This document shows positions 61,551 through 64,000 of a stretch of DNA of 64,000 bases, piece by piece. The position numbers and the translations under genes were made by a program. The stretch lies in NCBI GenBank assembly GCA_910584305.1, contig CAJTZW010000004.1:45967-109966 (forward strand). The letters are read 5' to 3'. The notes beneath the pieces were generated by a model. That model was not told the DNA's origin, did no database searches, and saw only the letters and a list, made by a program, of their open reading frames with translations. Each line of letters opens with the position of its first letter. Position 1 is the stretch's first letter. The stretch is from an uncultured Bacilli bacterium (GTDB lineage: Bacteria; Bacillota_I; Bacilli_A; RF39; UBA660).

Positions 61551-62006
61551 ATGAAGAAAAAAGGTTTTACATTAGTAGAGTTAATTGGTGTTCTTGTAGT
61601 GCTTGGATTAATTGGATTGATTGCCATTCCAACTGTAAATAGTAGTTTAAAAAAATACAAACAATCTTTGTATGATGATGCAATTAAAAATATAGAACAA
61701 GCAGCCAAAAACTGGGGTGCTGATAATATTGGAAAACTACCAAATGCAATAGATAGTTCACTTACAATGTCTTACCCAAATATTGATTCAGAGCAAAAAT
61801 TTTCTGTTCTTAAAATCCGTATTAGAGACTTACAAGAAGCAGGTTACATAGGTTCTGAAATTAAAAATCCTAAGAAGAGTTCTAATTTCTGTAATTGTGC
61901 AATCGTAACAATTACAAAGACACCAACTGGGTATACATATCAGATTTTAAATGATGATTATGGGATTACATTATTAGAAGCAGATCAGAATGGATGTGCT
62001 TGCTAA
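61551..62006 (+). CDS. Type IV pilin/pseudopilin-like protein (class III signal peptide), orphan
   Basis: RBS aaaggtg before ATG 61551. MKKKGFTLVELIGVLVVLGLIGLIAIP is a prepilin leader with a G/FTLVE cleavage site. Two C-terminal Cys pairs (CNC...GCAC). Confidence 0.65.
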   Translation: MKKKGFTLVELIGVLVVLGLIGLIAIPTVNSSLKKYKQSLYDDAIKNIEQAAKNWGADNIGKLPNAIDSSLTMSYPNIDSEQKFSVLKIRIRDLQEAGYIGSEIKNPKKSSNFCNCAIVTITKTPTGYTYQILNDDYGITLLEADQNGCAC

Positions 62007-62151
62007 TAGCATAAAATAGATTTAGCTACCTATCAGAAGAAGATAAAATACAGTAGAAATATATATAGTGAAATGCAATTTAGTTATATAACAACTAAAA
62101 ATACATCTTTAATTTGATGTGTTTTTTTGATACAATGAATATGGTGATAAT

Positions 62152-62880
62152 ATGGTATATACTTCTGTAGAGAATGAGAAGATTAAAGATATTAAGAAAT
62201 TACATCAAAAAAAATATAGGGATAAGAATGGATTATTTCTGGTAGAAGGAGAACATCTTGTATTAGAAGCATATAAATCAGGATATTTAAAGGAATTGAT
62301 ATTAGAAGAGAATGCTTTATTTCCTTTAGATGTAGAGACAATTTATGCATCAAATAATGTGCTTACATATATTAGTGAACTAGAAACGGCTCCAACTATG
62401 ATTGGTGTTTGTAGAAAAAAAGAGCAAGTTGCAATCGCGGGAGAAAAAATACTTGCTTTAGATGAAATTCAAGATCCAGGGAATTTAGGTACAATTATAC
62501 GTAGTGCTGTAGCATTTCATATTGATACAATTGTGATAGGAAATGGTACTGTGGATATATATAATTCAAAGGTTATAAGGGCTAGTCAGGGAATGTTGTT
62601 TCATATGAATATCGTTGCATCAGATTTACAAAAGTGTTTACCAGATTTAAAGAAACAAAATTACCAAATTATGGGAACAAAGGTAACACATGGAAAAAGT
62701 CTAAAAGATATTGAAAAATTGCAAAAATTTGTTATAATAATGGGCAATGAAGGAAATGGCATATCAGAAGAAGTAGAAAAGCTGTGTGATTCTTTCATAT
62801 ATATCGATATGAGTGATGTTTGTGAGAGTCTAAATGTAGGTGTAGCTACCAGTATCATTTTATATGAATTAGATAAGTAG
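62152..62880 (+). CDS. TrmH/SpoU-family RNA 2'-O-methyltransferase
   Basis: SPOUT motifs ALDEIQDPGNLGTIIRSA and IIMGNEGNGIS. 242 aa. Confidence 0.8.
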   Translation: MVYTSVENEKIKDIKKLHQKKYRDKNGLFLVEGEHLVLEAYKSGYLKELILEENALFPLDVETIYASNNVLTYISELETAPTMIGVCRKKEQVAIAGEKILALDEIQDPGNLGTIIRSAVAFHIDTIVIGNGTVDIYNSKVIRASQGMLFHMNIVASDLQKCLPDLKKQNYQIMGTKVTHGKSLKDIEKLQKFVIIMGNEGNGISEEVEKLCDSFIYIDMSDVCESLNVGVATSIILYELDK

Positions 62881-62888
62881 GTGTAACA

Positions 62889-63383
62889 ATGAACTATATA
62901 TATATTGGTAAAATTGTAAATACCCATGGAATTAAGGGAGAAGTTAGAATCCTATCTGATTTTCCATATAAGAAAGAAGTATATAGAAAAAATGCAAATT
63001 TATATATTGGTAAGAAAAAAGAGAAAGTAATTGTTACAAATTATAGGCATCATAAAATATTTGATATGCTTACATTTGATGGTATAAATGACATCAACGA
63101 TGTCATACAATATAAGGGAGAATCTATCTATTTTAAACGAGAAGAAATTGAACTTCCTGGATTATTAGATGAGGACTATATTGGATTAAGAGCATACGAT
63201 AATGACAAATACATTGGAAGCGTAACATCTATTTTAAAAAATAAAGCTCATAATATTTTGGTGATAGAAAATGATAAGAATAAAAATTTAATTCCTAATA
63301 TTCCTGAATTTATAAAAAAAATAGATATAGATGGTAAGAAAATAGAAATTGAAAGCATTGAGGGATTGATTCATGAAGATTGA
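62889..63383 (+). CDS. rimM: 16S rRNA processing protein RimM
   Basis: N-terminus [22 protein letters not shown] barrel C-terminus. Confidence 0.85.
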   Translation: MNYIYIGKIVNTHGIKGEVRILSDFPYKKEVYRKNANLYIGKKKEKVIVTNYRHHKIFDMLTFDGINDINDVIQYKGESIYFKREEIELPGLLDEDYIGLRAYDNDKYIGSVTSILKNKAHNILVIENDKNKNLIPNIPEFIKKIDIDGKKIEIESIEGLIHED

Positions 63384-64000
63384 TGTACTAACATTATTTC
63401 CTAATATGTTTACAGGAATATTAGGAGAATCTATTATAAAAAGGGCAATTGAATCGAATAAGGTAGAAATTTCTATTCATGATATTCGAGCATTCACAAC
63501 CGATAAACATAATCGGGTAGATGACTATCCATTTGGTGGTGGTGAAGGAATGGTACTTATGCCAGAACCAATTTATCGTGCAATTGAGAGTGTTAGAACG
63601 AAGGAATCTCTTGTGATTATGTTGAGCCCTCAAGGAAAGGTGTATAACCAGAAGTACGCATATAAACTATCACAGAGAAAGCATATCATTTTATTATGTG
63701 GACATTATGAAGGATTTGATGAACGAATCCGTTCCATGGTGGATGTAGAAATTAGTGTTGGGGATTATATAGTCACTGGTGGCGAGATTCCTAGCATGAT
63801 ACTTATTGATAGTGTGGTTCGTTTAATTGATGGTGTGATTGCTAAAAAGTCTCATGAAAATGATTCATTTAATAACAATTTATTAGATTACCCAGACTAT
63901 ACAAAACCAATAGATTTTATGGGGCAAAAAGTGCCAGATGTATTATTATCAGGACACCATAAAAATATTGAAAATTGGCGAAAAGAACAAAGTTTGAGAA
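63373..64000 (+). CDS. trmD: tRNA (guanine37-N1)-methyltransferase TrmD, 3' truncated by window edge
   Basis: [13 protein letters not shown]... and [17 protein letters not shown] TrmD signatures. Overlaps the rimM stop. No stop codon before the window end. Confidence 0.9.
   Translation, partial: MKIDVLTLFPNMFTGILGESIIKRAIESNKVEISIHDIRAFTTDKHNRVDDYPFGGGEGMVLMPEPIYRAIESVRTKESLVIMLSPQGKVYNQKYAYKLSQRKHIILLCGHYEGFDERIRSMVDVEISVGDYIVTGGEIPSMILIDSVVRLIDGVIAKKSHENDSFNNNLLDYPDYTKPIDFMGQKVPDVLLSGHHKNIENWRKEQSLR

Noticed and set aside
1-64000. CRISPR arrays, rRNA/tRNA genes, IS elements, integrases, phage genes
   Set aside because: No direct-repeat/spacer periodicity, no rRNA-like GC-rich conserved blocks, no transposase (DDE) or tyrosine-recombinase motifs were seen in any frame. 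The AT-rich cassette lacks flanking direct repeats.

Overview
This is a low-GC chromosomal window (plausibly a Gram-positive Firmicutes genome), densely packed with mostly plus-strand genes and Shine-Dalgarno sites of the AGGAGG/GGTGA type. Organism, accession numbers, quantitative similarity and GC percentages cannot be given from reading alone.

Housekeeping content recognisable from motifs:
- dnaK (5' partial), pepF and dnaJ in an unusual dnaK-pepF-dnaJ order.
- murC and a D-Ala-D-Ala carboxypeptidase.
- rnhC (RNase HIII), cvpA, trxA, rsmE, mtaB and a short rel (HD + synthetase + TGS only).
- recD2, pgsA-like, and the murG-murB-divIB-ftsA-ftsZ block.
- uvrA, deoD, an M16 peptidase pair, a TrmH-family methyltransferase, rimM and trmD (3' partial).

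Accessory content:
- A complete Tad/Flp (type IVc) pilus locus at 5.9-11.3 kb with three prepilin-like genes.
- An AT-rich four-gene operon at 22.3-27.1 kb, fused directly to the 3' end of the short rel. It encodes a nucleotidyltransferase/aldo-keto-reductase fusion, a SplB-like radical-SAM enzyme, an S66 (LdcA/MccF-family) peptidase and a stand-alone AlaRS catalytic-domain paralogue. An adenylate-forming ligase follows under its own promoter. This is the best candidate for an undescribed system, possibly aminoacyl-nucleotide or aminoacyl-transfer small-molecule metabolism with immunity.
- A multi-step phosphorelay at 29.5-35.2 kb with two hybrid histidine kinases and a stand-alone Hpt.
- A dockerin-bearing putative cell-wall hydrolase next to an Ig-like surface protein at 40.3-43.7 kb.
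- A GHMP-kinase/sugar-nucleotidyltransferase fusion after ftsZ, an orphan J-domain protein and an orphan type IV pilin-like gene.
- Several unannotated small ORFs and leader/attenuator structures.

No rRNA, tRNA, CRISPR array, transposase or integrase was recognised.
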